Source: Amoebidium appalachense (lineage: Eukaryota > Protista > Ichthyosporea). Taken from it: a stretch of 64,000 nucleotides of DNA. Made by a program: the position numbers and the translations under genes. The notes under the pieces are model-generated. The model had not been told where the DNA came from, did not search any database, and saw only the letters and a list, made by a program, of their open reading frames with translations. Within the stretch, counting starts at the first letter, position 1, and every line of letters begins with the position of its first letter. Shown in pieces: positions 35,281 to 54,949 of this stretch. The stretch covers positions 14,107,615 to 14,171,614 of the forward strand of contig CAVNZM010000002.1 in assembly GCA_963693365.1 (NCBI GenBank), given 5' to 3'.

Positions 35281-35661
35281 CCACAAGAAGTTGGAGGAGT
35301 GGAATTTCCGACTCCTCAGAATTTCAATCAAAAGACGGTCAATTTATTCAGGCCGACCAGGAGGTATCTGGCATCTGATAGGCTACGTGGCGTTCAAGTA
35401 TGCACTCTTTATCACCACCTTGATTCATTATCAATACGTACAGTGTCCCTTGCATTTGCGCATCTCAAACCTTTCTCTCTTCACGTAATATATCGAATGT
35501 GACATGCACTGAAACGACTGACATAAAGGCAACACTAACAATAAACCATCAGATTCTGTGAAAAATGGTTCGCATTATGGCAAAAAAAATAAAATGAAAG
35601 CTGCATTCGCATAGGAGCGTGGCGCACGGTGAGTGCGTTCTTCCTGGTGTTTGAATTTGTG

Positions 35662-35726
<65 letters not shown>

Positions 35727-36041
35727 TGTGTCTCTCTCTCTCTCTTCTCTCTCTCTCTGTGTGTGTATGTTCTCGCATGAGTGCACGTGTGGGTGCGTGT
35801 GTGCATGTATGGTTGCATGGTTATAACATTTGCATGTGCTTGTGGCTGCTTGGATTAAATGTCCTATCATTCATAATCACATTAGGTATTCAACACATGT
35901 AAACATCGCAGACATGTAAAGCATCTACTCTAGCCCTAACATTCGAAACAACAACATGCTATTTGTCCAAAAGACCCCTAACGCCTCCACACAACCCACA
36001 CACCAGCAAATTACTATGGCATGTTATACAACCCAGTACCT

Positions 36042-37018
36042 TTACCATTTCTTTTTAATGACCTGAATCACTTGAAACGCCGTATGCATACCCGTGTAAC
36101 CACTACTAGACAAATCCACACAAGCATAATCATAGGTTGGGAGAGTAAAATGCGTCGAGTTTTCCTTCCCTTCTCCTTCCTCTTTTACCACGCCATCCGC
36201 CTCAATTTTTACTTCGACTCGAGGGTAGGAGGGGGTGCTAACGGGTGCGGGTGTAGGGGGGTTTGTTCCCCCTCCACCACCAGGGGTTTGGGGGATGATA
36301 TTGAGGGCGAACTCTTGTAGTAGGCTGGTACATTGTGAGATGGAGGAACACGCCGTGTATTCGATCTGCAACCAGGCACGATTAAATTAGATAAGTTTAG
36401 ATTGGCCAGATTAGATTAGATTTAGTTTTAATGGCTTAGATTGGCTTTCTTCTCCCTACTTCCATATGTTTCAACTTCATTTAAACCATCTCGGTCTCCG
36501 TTTCCCTGAGTCCCTAATCTCTATGGAACCCTTCTTGGGCCAGTCACAACTCATTTTACTCTAACATATCCACAGACACATGCGTGCACATACAAACACG
36601 CACACACCCACACCCACACCCACGCCCACACACGCACACACAGAAGCAATCACACAAACACGAACAAAACCACACACAAGCAGACATACACTAAGCTTCA
36701 CCCGACCCCAAACACACCCGCACACTTTCCTGCCTGCCATCCCATTCCCATTCCCTTCCTCGCTGCACACACAATGGATGCCCACCAAATTCACATATCC
36801 ACATGTGTATACCACACGCCCATGTGTCCATGAACCATACTGAAGCCCATCAATATAGATTCCATACTTGCATGCGCAAACACAATGACGTGTGAGGCTT
36901 AGTAGGTACACCCCCCCCCCCCCCCCCCTTCCCCCCGTGGCGGGGGATTTCACGGTTAATTAAGGAACAACAAGACATTAACAGCAAACGATGTGAAAGG
37001 GTGTTGGTTCGTGCAGAT

Positions 37019-37049
<31 letters not shown>

Positions 37050-37206
37050 ACCTCTTTTCTTTCCTTCTCTCGTTTGTCTCTTTCCGATCCCCCCTCCACC
37101 CCCCCCTTCCTTTTTTTCTTCCCTTTTTTTTTTTTTTTTTTTTTTGGGGGGGGGGGGAGGGGGAGGGAGGGGGGGGGGGGGGGGGGGGGGAGGGCGGGGA
37201 GGGAGG

Positions 37207-37296
<90 letters not shown>

Positions 37297-37978
37297 GTAT
37301 TTGTGGGGGCCCGGGAAAGGGAGGGGGGGGGAGGGGGGGGGTCGGTCACCTCAGCAATGACACCTTTCAGTGCATTTCCAGCTGTCAGGGTGCCAATCCG
37401 TATTACAAAGTCTCCAAGCTGGAATTTCTGACCCTGGATGCAACCGCATTAGACCTGGATAACGAGGAATCCCCCCCCCCCCCCCTCCCCTCCTTAAAGA
37501 AAAAAAAACCGCCCTCCGATCTCCTCCACCCACTCACCCAACCACCCACGTCCTCCTCCTGTGTGTAATGTGTCTATGTCTGAGTGAGTGAGTGTGTGTG
37601 CACGTCGCAAGGGAGATGGCTACATGCAGTGAACGAACTGGGTGAACCAAACGGAGATCGGGGCCGCAGGTGCGTAACAAGCGAGAAAAAACACAGTATG
37701 CCATCTTCCCCCCCCCCCCCCCCCCCCCCCTCCCCCCGCCCCCCGCCCTCCCCCCAAACACATATGTACACACACACACACACAAAAAGAAAACAAAACA
37801 GAACCGGAAAATCGTACTGTCCATCACCTGCTCCATCCCCCCCTCCCCCCCTCCAAAAAAAAAAAATAAAAAAAATACCCCCCCCCCCCCCCCCCAAACC
37901 AAAAAAATAAAATAAATAAATAAAATTAAAAATAAAATAGAACCAGAAAATCCCATTCCCCTTCATCTGCACCCCCCC

Positions 37979-38009
<31 letters not shown>

Positions 38010-38194
38010 AAAAACAACAACAAAAAAAAAAACAATCCCGGCAGCAACCATACCTCGATCTTGGCCGTCTTTCTCTGCGCCCACTTGCCCTTCACCTTGT
38101 CCATCATCGCCTCGATCTCCTCGTTGGCCTCTAGGGAAAAAAAATCAGTCGGTGCAGTGGAGGGGTTTTTGGTGGTGGTGCAGACAGAGGACAT

Positions 38195-38262
<68 letters not shown>

Positions 38263-38845
38263 TTGTGTTGAGTGGTTGACAAAGATGTGTAGGTATGCCT
38301 GTGTGTTTGCGTGTTCGTTGCAGTGATGGTGATGGTCGTAAGGGAGAGGAAGGGGGGGGAGGGGCGGGCGGGGAGGGAGGGTGGGGTGGGGGGGGGGGGG
38401 GTTGGGGGGGGAGTGGGAGTGCGCTTACAGAATATATTGTTCATAACGGTTTGCGCAAAGCGGGTATGCAGAATTGCTACATAACGAGAGTCAGGGGGTG
38501 AAGGGTGTGTGTGTGTGTGTTTTTTTTTTTTTTTTGGGGGGGGGGGGGGGGGGGGAGGGGGGAGGGACAGGCGGGGGGGGGGGGGGGGGGGGGTTTCCAA
38601 AATTCAGCGTTTTCATGCAGGGTCTCGCAAACAATAGCAATAACCCAGTTCTCCACCAACTTTACCCCTCCCTCCCCCCCCCCCTCTCAACCCTACCCCT
38701 CTCCCACCATCCCCCACGCAAATCCCGGCACACACACACCGGCACACACACACACACACCCACACACACACCCACCCACCGACCCACACCCACCCACCCA
38801 CCCGCACACCCACCAACCCATCCACCCACCCACCCACCCATCCCC

Positions 38846-38911
<66 letters not shown>

Positions 38912-39793
38912 ACACACACACCCATGATCCTGTTGTTCATCATGACGTATCTCTTGCCGGGCATATCCGAGTGTTGCAGCATCAGAAGTGGCTCCTGCCC
39001 ACCCTGCTGCCCGGTGCCAGCTGAAATAGAGCTTTGTCAGCCAATAGAAATGCAAACATGGTTACCATAATAGGTTACTGCATGTGCATTGCAGCTCGCC
39101 CCCTCCTCCTCCTCCCCCCCCCCCCCCCCCCCCTCACTCCCTCCCTCCCTCCTCGTCCCCCGCCCCTGCTTTTCCGACCTAAATGTATTTTCAGAAGTGT
39201 AAGTGAGCGGATACAAGCACGCCCATGGTAGAAGTTCTGAATAGGCGAATATGTGTTGAGAGAAACTGAAGGGGTGGGGGAGGGTTGGGGAGGGGGTGGG
39301 GCGGAGGGGGAGAGGGGAGGAGGAGGAGAGGGGTGTGTGTGTGTGGGGGGGGGGGGGGAGGGGGGAGGGGGGGGGGGGGGGGAGAGGGGGGCATAATACT
39401 TCTTTGCAGCTGCCTGCATTCCACTTTGTAAACCCCAGGTACAACCACTGCACTCAATGCCTCTGCACAAGTGTGTGTCAGTGCGATGAAACAAGCCGTG
39501 ATAGAGTTAATTCTGTAACTGCTCGGTTTATATATTCCTATATATATTCTGTGAACTAACCATCAAAAGGTTGGGAACGTGTTGCACAATGTGGTTGTAG
39601 GTTGCTGTGTGTGTGTGTTGGGTAATTAGTAAGACTGACTGTTCAATAAATGCATATAGACCGCAAGATGCAGCATTTGGATTGTCAGGTGTGGACCGTT
39701 TCAACCATCTCCCATCTGTATATCGATGAAAAGAGGAAGAAGTCCCAGCAAGCTTCCCCCCCCCCCCCCCCCCCCAACCAACCAACCCCCCTC

Positions 39794-39890
<97 letters not shown>

Positions 39891-40518
39891 GGTGTGGTGA
39901 GGGTGGGGGTGGGGGTGGGGGTTGGGGTGGGGGGGATGCTTCACAGTGCAATGTGCAACGGCATACACGAAGACCATGTGGTGGAGAGGAGTAAAAGGGG
40001 AAGGGGTGGGTGGGGGTTGGGGGGTGGGTGTGGGTATATGTATGTGTGTGGTGGTGGTGGTGGTGAGTGGGGTTGTCAATAATAAGCAAAAACCCACCCA
40101 GTCTTGCCTGTAGCACATCCGCGCCTGCTGTACCCACCATATTCTCCCCCAGGTTGACCAGACACACACTGCAGGTAGGATAAGACTGAACTTAGCATCT
40201 GACCATCCCTGTACTACTAACTCTTCCACGACACATTGTTTCTCACTGCATTCTCATAAAACAGTGACTGCCCCCCCCCCCCCCTCCCCCCTCCCCTTCC
40301 CCTTCCGCCCACCCCTTTCTAACCCCTCCCCCGCTTCCCCCCTCCTCCCCCCAGACCACCCTCACTGCTCCCTCTGCCACCAAATGAGCCGTTCCTTTCC
40401 TTCCTGCTAGCCTGCCAGCCCCCAATCTCACTTGCTAACAGGTGGGTTCTTTTTTCTCCGCTTCACCTCCCTCTCCCCTCCGCACCCCTGGGAAACCTCT
40501 CTTTCTCTCTCTCCCTCC

Positions 40519-40603
<85 letters not shown>

Positions 40604-41264
40604 ATGTACTTGTCCGGCAGCGTGGACTGGAAGAGCGTCTGTGCAAAGCAAACCATGGCACACTTACGATGCAATGGCATATAGAATCAGCACACCGGAA
40701 ACAGGTCAAAGGAAGAAGGAGAAAAACATCAGGAAGAGATAAACAGAGTCATAAAGATTAGGGGAAAGCAGCAAAGAAGCCGACGACAGAAGGGGGAGGG
40801 GGGAAGGAGGGGGGGGGGGGGAGAGAGAGAGAGAGAGCCACAGAGAGAGAGAGAGAAGGGGCGGGGGGGAAGGGGCTGGAGGGAGGTAGGAAGGGAGAGA
40901 GGGAGGGAGAGAAAGAAGAGAGAGGGGGGAGAGAGGGGGGGGGAGGGGGGGAGGGAGAGGGGGAGGGTGGGACGGGGGTAGTGAGAGAGGTTGGGGGGGG
41001 GGGAGGGGGGGGGGGGGAAGGGAGAAGCGGGAGGGATGAGGGCAAGAAGGGAGGGAGAGATGATGCAGGGAAGATGTAAGGGAGGGGAGGGGGGGAGAGA
41101 CGGAGGGAGGGAGGGAGGGGAGGAGTAGAGTGAGCGAGTAGGGAGAAAGAGAGGGGGAGGGGAGGGGGGACAGGAGGGGGAAAGGAGGAGAGAGGGAGCC
41201 GTAAAGTTGGGGAGGGGGTGGTGGGGGTAACAGGGGGCTAAAGCACGTACTATCTTACGCCCAT
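36042..41264 (-). CDS. MED20: Mediator subunit 20 (Srb2). Exons 41251-41264, 40098-40168, 39400-39462, 38922-39020, 38054-38130, 37350-37433, 36042-36365
   Basis: Spliced product MGVRYVCLVNL..ADVLQARLEALSAV..YKVECRQL...EANEEIEAMMDKVKGKWAQRKTAKIEGQKFQLGDFVIRIGTLTAGNALKGVIAEIEYTAC matches MED20 motifs. All junctions are GT-AG and in phase. Confidence 0.85.
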
Positions 41265-42098
41265 TTTGATGTCGTTCTGCCCCTCCCTGGCCCGCTCCTT
41301 TAACTCCCATGAACTGCTTCTATAAGTTAGAGCTGCTATCTTTTTGAGGTAACAAACAGTTTACACTCTTCCATCACTTTCACAGGCAAAACGAAGAAGC
41401 AGGGGCCATTGAATTGACGGAAAGCTTCTCCTGCCTTCGGAAAATAGCTACAAATAGTCTTGTTCGCACGCTATAGAGCTCAGTACGTCTATGTTTATAT
41501 TGCTCTGTTGGGTTACTCTCTGCCAGCTCTCTGCCAAGCTTTCGCGCCTTTCCCGTTCGAGCTCAGTTTTCGGCAGAACCTTTATCTTTAATTTGGTTGC
41601 GCAAACGCGCTAAAAAGTATTAACTTAGCGCAAAACTTGCGCAATACCTGCTCTTAAAGACGATCCCCACACACGCATGCCAGGGGCTGCAGCATGCACA
41701 CCGCGGCAGTGTGGCCAGCTGCAGGGCAAAAGAAAGGAAGGAGGGAGGGAGTGAGTGAGTGAGGTCTTAGGGGTATTAGGGGCATATCGTCTATTTGGGA
41801 AAGCTTTGCGGAAACATAAATACGTGTATATAGTTCTTTAACACGGCGCAAGAGAACTAGCCAAGACTACTCCTTAGGTTTTTAAACACGAATCTGAAGG
41901 GGATCGAGTAAGGTTTTCATGTTTGAATTGTTTTAATACGGGGTTCAGTGACACTCAACAAACTTTCGAAATACTGGCTTATATGAGGGTGGTAAGCATA
42001 CTAAGTGGACTACTTTTATTGAACCGTTACTAAACAGAACCAAGCAATTTAGCTGCGAGAAAGAGCAATCACCTGGAGAAAGCACAACATCTTGAAGA
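41265..42098. promoter_or_regulatory. Head-to-head intergenic region between MED20 and MRPL18
   Basis: Divergent ATGs ~0.83 kb apart in repeat-poor sequence. Inferred from arrangement only. Confidence 0.4.
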
Positions 42099-49099
<7,001 letters not shown>

Positions 49100-50596
49100 G
49101 GTGTTTAGGCTGCATGTTGAATTTCTTGAAACAAGCTGTGTGAAATGATCGATATTGTGGTTGGTGGGTGGGTTCCTTTTTTTTTTTTTTTTTCCTTTCC
49201 ATTTAAAACGCATTGGGTTTTTAGTGGGAGTGTTCTGGGTCTAGGTAGCGTGTGTCGCCTTATTGGTTTTCTTCAGTCTTGCCAGCTTTGAGGGATTGAA
49301 TTTTGAGTACTGAATGTTCCAACTCTCAGCAGACTGCGCCACTGTCACTATGCAGCAGAGGCACCTGGTGTGCTCTGATTTGAAAGGGTGCACACCTTAA
49401 CAGCTTATATGTTCTTGGTATGTGGCAATGTTCTCCCAGGGGCATGGACACGGTTTTTTGAACTCGCCCAAACCTTTAATTGGGAAAAAGCATAAACGTA
49501 CAAATAAAAAGCATGTGCATGGGAGATACAATCGTGTGGAGTCTCTCGGAGAAAGGAAATTTCGGCAGGATCCTCGCTCATCACGTAGTGGTCATCAGTG
49601 CCGCTGATCTAACGTATATATATGTACATGCATTAGCTCACGTGGTCAGGTGGTGTTTCAAGCTTATGTCCACAAGTGCCCATCGTGGCCATGCTCCAGC
49701 CATTGACTTAGCCGAACAGCTGCAGATGCGCAGCTGTGCAGCCTTGCGATTCACAGACAAGTGCATTTTTTGAACACCAGGGAAGCTTCTCAATAATAGG
49801 TACAAACGTCAGTGTCAGGCCCGCATACCCATACCGGATCCAAATACCGTGCACGCATATATACACACACAGGCCCGTGCACAACTTAGAAAACCGAGGC
49901 ACCCGGCAACTGTCCCTTTGTGTAACCCACATTCATGGTCGAGTACAATCAGCGCCACGTGCAAGTGTATAGCTCTCATCCACCTACCTTTGCAAATAGG
50001 AAGTGAATGTTAGCCGCGGGAAGGTGCAGAGATGACCCAATAGCTAAGTGTATGTAGTGTGCAGGGGGCACTGATGTCGTGAAAAGGCCTTTCACCACAA
50101 CTGGACGTGGACTCTTGAAAAGAGAGCATGACAGCAAGTGGTCAAATAGGAAACGACAACGAAAGAGGTGCATACCTCGCACTTAATCCTTTATCAGGTC
50201 TACATCAGCAAGGCCAAACCAGTCGGCCTACCTATTGTGGACCTACGCACCACTACACAAGCAGGGCTTCCACCACTTTGCATCCCACTTCCGTTATGTT
50301 TCAACATTCTGAAAACATTCAACAGCAAAAATTGATCATCACTATTTGTGTCCATGGTTCTTTCGAGAATGGTGTGCAGCACAGGTAACATCATTCAAGT
50401 AAGGTACTCTTACCTTATGCTCGCACCTAAACTCGCCTCTCTGGTAAATACAACCAAACACCCAAGAAAGTACCCCAAAAACTGGACTGAAAGAATCCAA
50501 CCCCAGAGCTTTAAACCCCCGTATTGGCTTCATTAACACACCCAAACAACAGAAAGTCACAAATGTTTTTCTTTTCCCACAGATCAGGAACAATGC

Positions 50597-51736
50597 CTAT
50601 TGAGAACGACCAAGCAGTGTTTTTCCTGCCTTGTTCACAGTCACGTAGAAACCCATAAACCCGGGAAGAGAAGGAGCACATTTCGCTCCGAGCAGAAACA
50701 CCACCCCCAGCACCAAAAGGAACAGAGCGTAACTCAGCAGCGACCAACACCTGCTTGACCCTCTCTCACCTGCTCTCTGAAAAAGAGATTGTCCCTTTGG
50801 CAAAGTCGACCTTCTCACGCGTGGCCGTGCTTGTCTTACAACAGGGGAAACATAATGGAGACCCCATTTGCGGCCGATGAAATTACGAACGTCTGAGATG
50901 GTAAACCGGAAACGAGGGTCAATGCACAACATGGCTTTCAGGAGGAAAACAACGTCTGTCGGGAGGGTTTTCCACTGCTCGAGTTCGCCTGTAGCCACAT
51001 ACTGCTTGTACGCTTGGTTGGAGTCGTCGTTGATGGCTTCATCCCACGGAAAATGACCGCACAAGAGGATGAACAGCACAATGCCAAGAGCCCACACATC
51101 AAGCGCTTTGTAGTTTGCTGGAAAACCGGTGCCATTTTTGCGTAGCTCGAGGACTTCTGGCGCTTGATAAGATTTCGTTCCGTGAAGGATGCCGCCTGAC
51201 CCGTGACCACGTGCATGGCCCGCATAGCAACCCGTGCACCCGTCCTTTTCAAACTGAATGCTAAGAGAAACCGCGTGGCCGAAATCTGACAAAACGGCTT
51301 CGCCGTTCTTGGTAAGGAGCACGTTTTCGGGTTTGATATCAAGGTGCACTATGTCGTGCGAGTGAAGGAAAGCAACAGCATCAACCAAGTCCGCAAACAC
51401 ATTAAACGGATCGACGCGCGGGCTACGCGCTGGTCTGATGCGTCCGTCTGTTGTGCATTCTTCGAGAATAAGAGCGGCAAGGTCACCTCCTTCTATAAAC
51501 TCTTGAACGATAAAGTAGTGGGTGTCTGTTTCAAAAGTGTCAAGCACTGTCACTATGTTATTGTGCTTGTGCACAAACTTCTGCACCGCTACCTCTCTGT
51601 CAAAGCTACAACCGACAACTTGGTCTTTACGCATACGCTTAAGAGCAACACGCTCTCCTGTCGCTATATCCCGTGCAAGGTAGACGGTGGAGGTAACCCC
51701 ACCGCCTACCTCGCAAACCACCTCAAACCTGTTCAT
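50597..51736 (-). CDS. Ser/Thr protein kinase, single ORF, with C-terminal hydrophobic segment
   Basis: GGGVTSTV, VALK, HLDIKPEN, DFG, GTKSYQAPE, DVWALG motifs; LLSYALFLLVLGVVFLLGA near the C-terminus. Confidence 0.92.
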   Translation of the reverse strand: MNRFEVVCEVGGGVTSTVYLARDIATGERVALKRMRKDQVVGCSFDREVAVQKFVHKHNNIVTVLDTFETDTHYFIVQEFIEGGDLAALILEECTTDGRIRPARSPRVDPFNVFADLVDAVAFLHSHDIVHLDIKPENVLLTKNGEAVLSDFGHAVSLSIQFEKDGCTGCYAGHARGHGSGGILHGTKSYQAPEVLELRKNGTGFPANYKALDVWALGIVLFILLCGHFPWDEAINDDSNQAYKQYVATGELEQWKTLPTDVVFLLKAMLCIDPRFRFTISDVRNFIGRKWGLHYVSPVVRQARPRVRRSTLPKGQSLFQRAGERGSSRCWSLLSYALFLLVLGVVFLLGAKCAPSLPGFMGFYVTVNKAGKTLLGRSQ

Positions 51737-53359
51737 AGACGTTAGAAACCTGGGAGAGCTGCATTCCTTCTACACCTATATTAGAACAAGGAGAAAAGGG
51801 AAGCAGCTGGCGTTCCTTCAACACCTACGATACAACTACACTAAGAAAGGGGAAGTAAAACATTGAAGAATAATAAAAAATATTTTGTTGAAATATAAAA
51901 AAAAGACCTAACGGTGTGTTCTGAAAAGCTGGATTCTGAGCGCTCGAGCTCGTGGCAAGGAGTCGTCCCGTGATGACAGAGAATGGGCTTCAGGGGGTAT
52001 CTTGCAAATTGGTAATCTTTCAATCTCATTGAAAGCGGAGAAAGACGTTTGTCTAAGAAAAATGCATAACAAACATGGCATGATATTTGATATATATTAA
52101 AACAAAAGCATATAAATGATTTAATAACCGCCTAAGCATCAGACACATATTGCCTTCCACAATGTTTGTGGTGTTTTCTAAACATGAAATCAACTTCGTC
52201 GCGCATCTTATGAAAGAAAAGCAACTTATCCAACAGCCAGTTATGTGGCTGCAAGCCATACCCCTACTTATTGGGGAATGATCAAAAGCCAATCAACATG
52301 TATATATTTATAAAAGAGTAAATGCAGTTTTTATAAATCTCACAAATCACCAATCATACATTGTACATGTTCTCAGATTTTGGCGGTGCTCTATTGGGGG
52401 AATTGTATAACTGTGACGTCACCAGTGGTACAAGTGGGGTTGTTTTTCGGTCACATCTGAGAACAAAAATAGTTCGTTCTATGAACCCATTTATACAGCA
52501 AAACTACATCAAATTACCGAATGAGAAAACAATAACAATTTCTGCGTTCTTGGTCTTCTTTATAGCGTATTACACCTCTTCCTATCAGGTGCATATCTGT
52601 GATGCCATTTTGCAAGGCTCTCAATAATTTCTTTCGGGACAGCCAGTAGATCACATATAGATCGGAAATTCTGAACTCAGCAAAAACTATGAGTCCCTGT
52701 TTAGAGCTTATTTCATTTTCACCCGAAGACACAAGAACAACGAAGCTGCTGTAGAATGTGGTCTTCATTGACTTACAGCTCACCATGTGGCGCGGAGTGA
52801 GTACATATTTATACTTCTACACTGTCATGCACAGGTGTCACCGGCTGACTCACAGCTCTAAAGAAATGTCTGTAATTTTCCTGTGATATTCTTTCCATGG
52901 TTTGGGGAGACACGCGATGCGTTCGTCGTTCTCCATTTGTCGATGCGCACAAACCGTTCCGGGTCACAGCTGCAGGTCACAGTGCAGTGTACATCATACG
53001 GTAAGCATATCATTATTGTGTTGATTAAAGGGTGTGGAAAGCCTGCTGAGATTGTGAAGGAGGCCCTGCTGTCTGGTTGCACTGTGGGGAAGAGGGAGGA
53101 GGGGGAGAGGGGGGGGAGCTGGGGAGGAACAGCACATTGGCGAGTTCGAAGGCCCCGGACAGGGAGCTTTTGCGAGCGGGATTCCGAAAGCCTTGAACAT
53201 GAACGTGGGGCCAGCAGCAGGTCCGCAGTTGAGCTCGAGACCTTAGTATAGAGCTTGGGGCGAATGGGAGGTCAACTTCCGGGGGGGGGGGGGGTGGGGA
53301 GAGGGGGAGGGGGAAGGGGAAATCGATGAAAGGAAGGATGCGGAGGGGGGCGGCGCACG

Positions 53360-53400
<41 letters not shown>

Positions 53401-53995
53401 GGGGGCGGAAGGGGGGAAATTGGGGGGAGGGGGGCGGGCTAAGGTGTTTCGGGCACGTGCACTTACATGCTCTACATGGTAGGCCTCAAATAAAAGAGGG
53501 ATAAACATTAAATTCTTAGCCCGAGGGGCAATCCATCAGTCGTCTCGAGTCCTGGAAGAGAAACATTTGCTGCCATCAGAAGGCTTTTGAAAGACAAATG
53601 AAACTGCAAGTCCGAGTGCAGTTTATCCATACTCGACATTATTCAGACTGATCATGAGCATTTAAGTGTCGAGCTGAGACAATTTGGCAAACACTGTATG
53701 CACTGTGTGTTGCAGATGAGGCAATATTAAAAACGAACAAAGATGGCTAGCTTTCAGTACCTTCGAAAATACGGATCGAACAACCTGATCGAAATGACCT
53801 TCATTTAAATCGAAAGGACCTTCACTCAAATGATTGATCTACACACTGTCTATGGTACCTCTCACAACGGTTTTCTTTGCTCACACTTCACTTGCACGCC
53901 TATCGCATTCATATTTACATCCAACCCGCCCTTCATGCTTTCAACTTGAGTATGGTTGTTTGCCTAACACATGACTTGTGGTAATCCTTTTACTT

Positions 53996-54949
53996 CTATG
54001 TATGGGGCAAGCACAAGTCCTTCCAACCACCCCTCCCCTTAACCGGTTTCCTCCAGTCTCTCCCATACGTGAATTCCAAAAACCCCTCCGCATCAGCAGG
54101 GCCATTCATCACCAACCCCCCCATGTCATATTTCCTTAGCGGGAAAAGCATGTTCTCTGGCCATTTGCAGGGGCTTGCATAGATGTGGTACGAAGGTGGG
54201 TTTTCGTTGACAGTATCACTGAGGATGAAAACCCCATATACATCCACATAGGCCACCCATCCAATCTGCTCCCTTATCCAATATTCCAAATTCCACATTT
54301 CAGAATGCAGTCCCGTCGTGTCTGTTTTTCCTCCACTTGGTGAGATGTACTCCCAGAGAGAATCATACCTTTTCGGTGCGGTGCAAAGACGTAAAAAATT
54401 GCTTCCGCAGTCAAACGTCACCAGTGACGAGTTGCGGAATTCGTAAAATAACCGTGAATCATCATCGTTTTTCGGCCGGCAGAGCGCCTCTACTGTCCGC
54501 GGGTGCACCCCCAAGTCAATATCTGCAGTCCACGGTAGAACACGGTGTTCTCTTACTGCACCTAGCAATGTCCCGTACAACATCCATACTTCATGTTTGT
54601 GCTTTCCTATTGCTGCCTGTGTGAGAAATGCAAGCTCCTCTAGCACGTGAACACGCCGTGCGCCGATAGGTGAACGTGCGCACGGGGGCGCTTGGGGAAC
54701 AATGAATAGTTCGAGGGAGGTAATTATGAGTGCCACTAGTAGAAGGGGGAACAGAAAAACTGTGTGAAGCATGCGTCTGGGTACACGTAAACGAAAGCGT
54801 AGCCTTGTTCTAGGGCTTTGTCGCAGCTTTGGAGGTGGCGATGTGGAAAGGCCTAGAAGCTTTGGTGCCTCCTTGCTACTGCTGTATGAAAACGAAGATG
54901 ACCGGCGTGGCGGGCTCGGCAACCGCGAGGATGGGTTCTGTGTGTCCAT
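53996..54949 (-). CDS. LicD-family (fukutin/FKRP-like) phosphotransferase with type II membrane anchor; start uncertain (frame open to 55009)
   Basis: TM segment FLFPLLLVALIITSLELFIV; WMLYGTLLGAVRE..VLPWTADIDLG; YVDVY; LFPL; GPADAEGFLEFTYGRDWRKP. Confidence 0.85.
   Translation of the reverse strand: MDTQNPSSRLPSPPRRSSSFSYSSSKEAPKLLGLSTSPPPKLRQSPRTRLRFRLRVPRRMLHTVFLFPLLLVALIITSLELFIVPQAPPCARSPIGARRVHVLEELAFLTQAAIGKHKHEVWMLYGTLLGAVREHRVLPWTADIDLGVHPRTVEALCRPKNDDDSRLFYEFRNSSLVTFDCGSNFLRLCTAPKRYDSLWEYISPSGGKTDTTGLHSEMWNLEYWIREQIGWVAYVDVYGVFILSDTVNENPPSYHIYASPCKWPENMLFPLRKYDMGGLVMNGPADAEGFLEFTYGRDWRKPVKGRGGWKDLCLPHT

Noticed and set aside
30600-36000. Possible gene between COMMD10 and MED20 (splice-like sites at ~31595-31685; unique islands at 32230-32800 and 34030-34330)
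   Set aside because: The segments I translated had stops in all frames tried and no recognisable domain. Could be UTR or non-coding transcript, but this cannot be supported.
39532-39590. ATATTCCTA and AACCAT resembling U17/snR30 m1/m2 motifs
   Set aside because: Antisense to host MED20, no ACA box at the expected short distance after m2, and no solid stem between the motifs. Probably an AT-rich chance match.
40668-41319. Alternative MED20 first exons (MPLH at 40680; MGVKGAG at 41310)
   Set aside because: Their splice phases are incompatible with exon 40098-40168, whereas 41251-41264 gives an in-frame MGVRYVCL matching MED20 N-termini.
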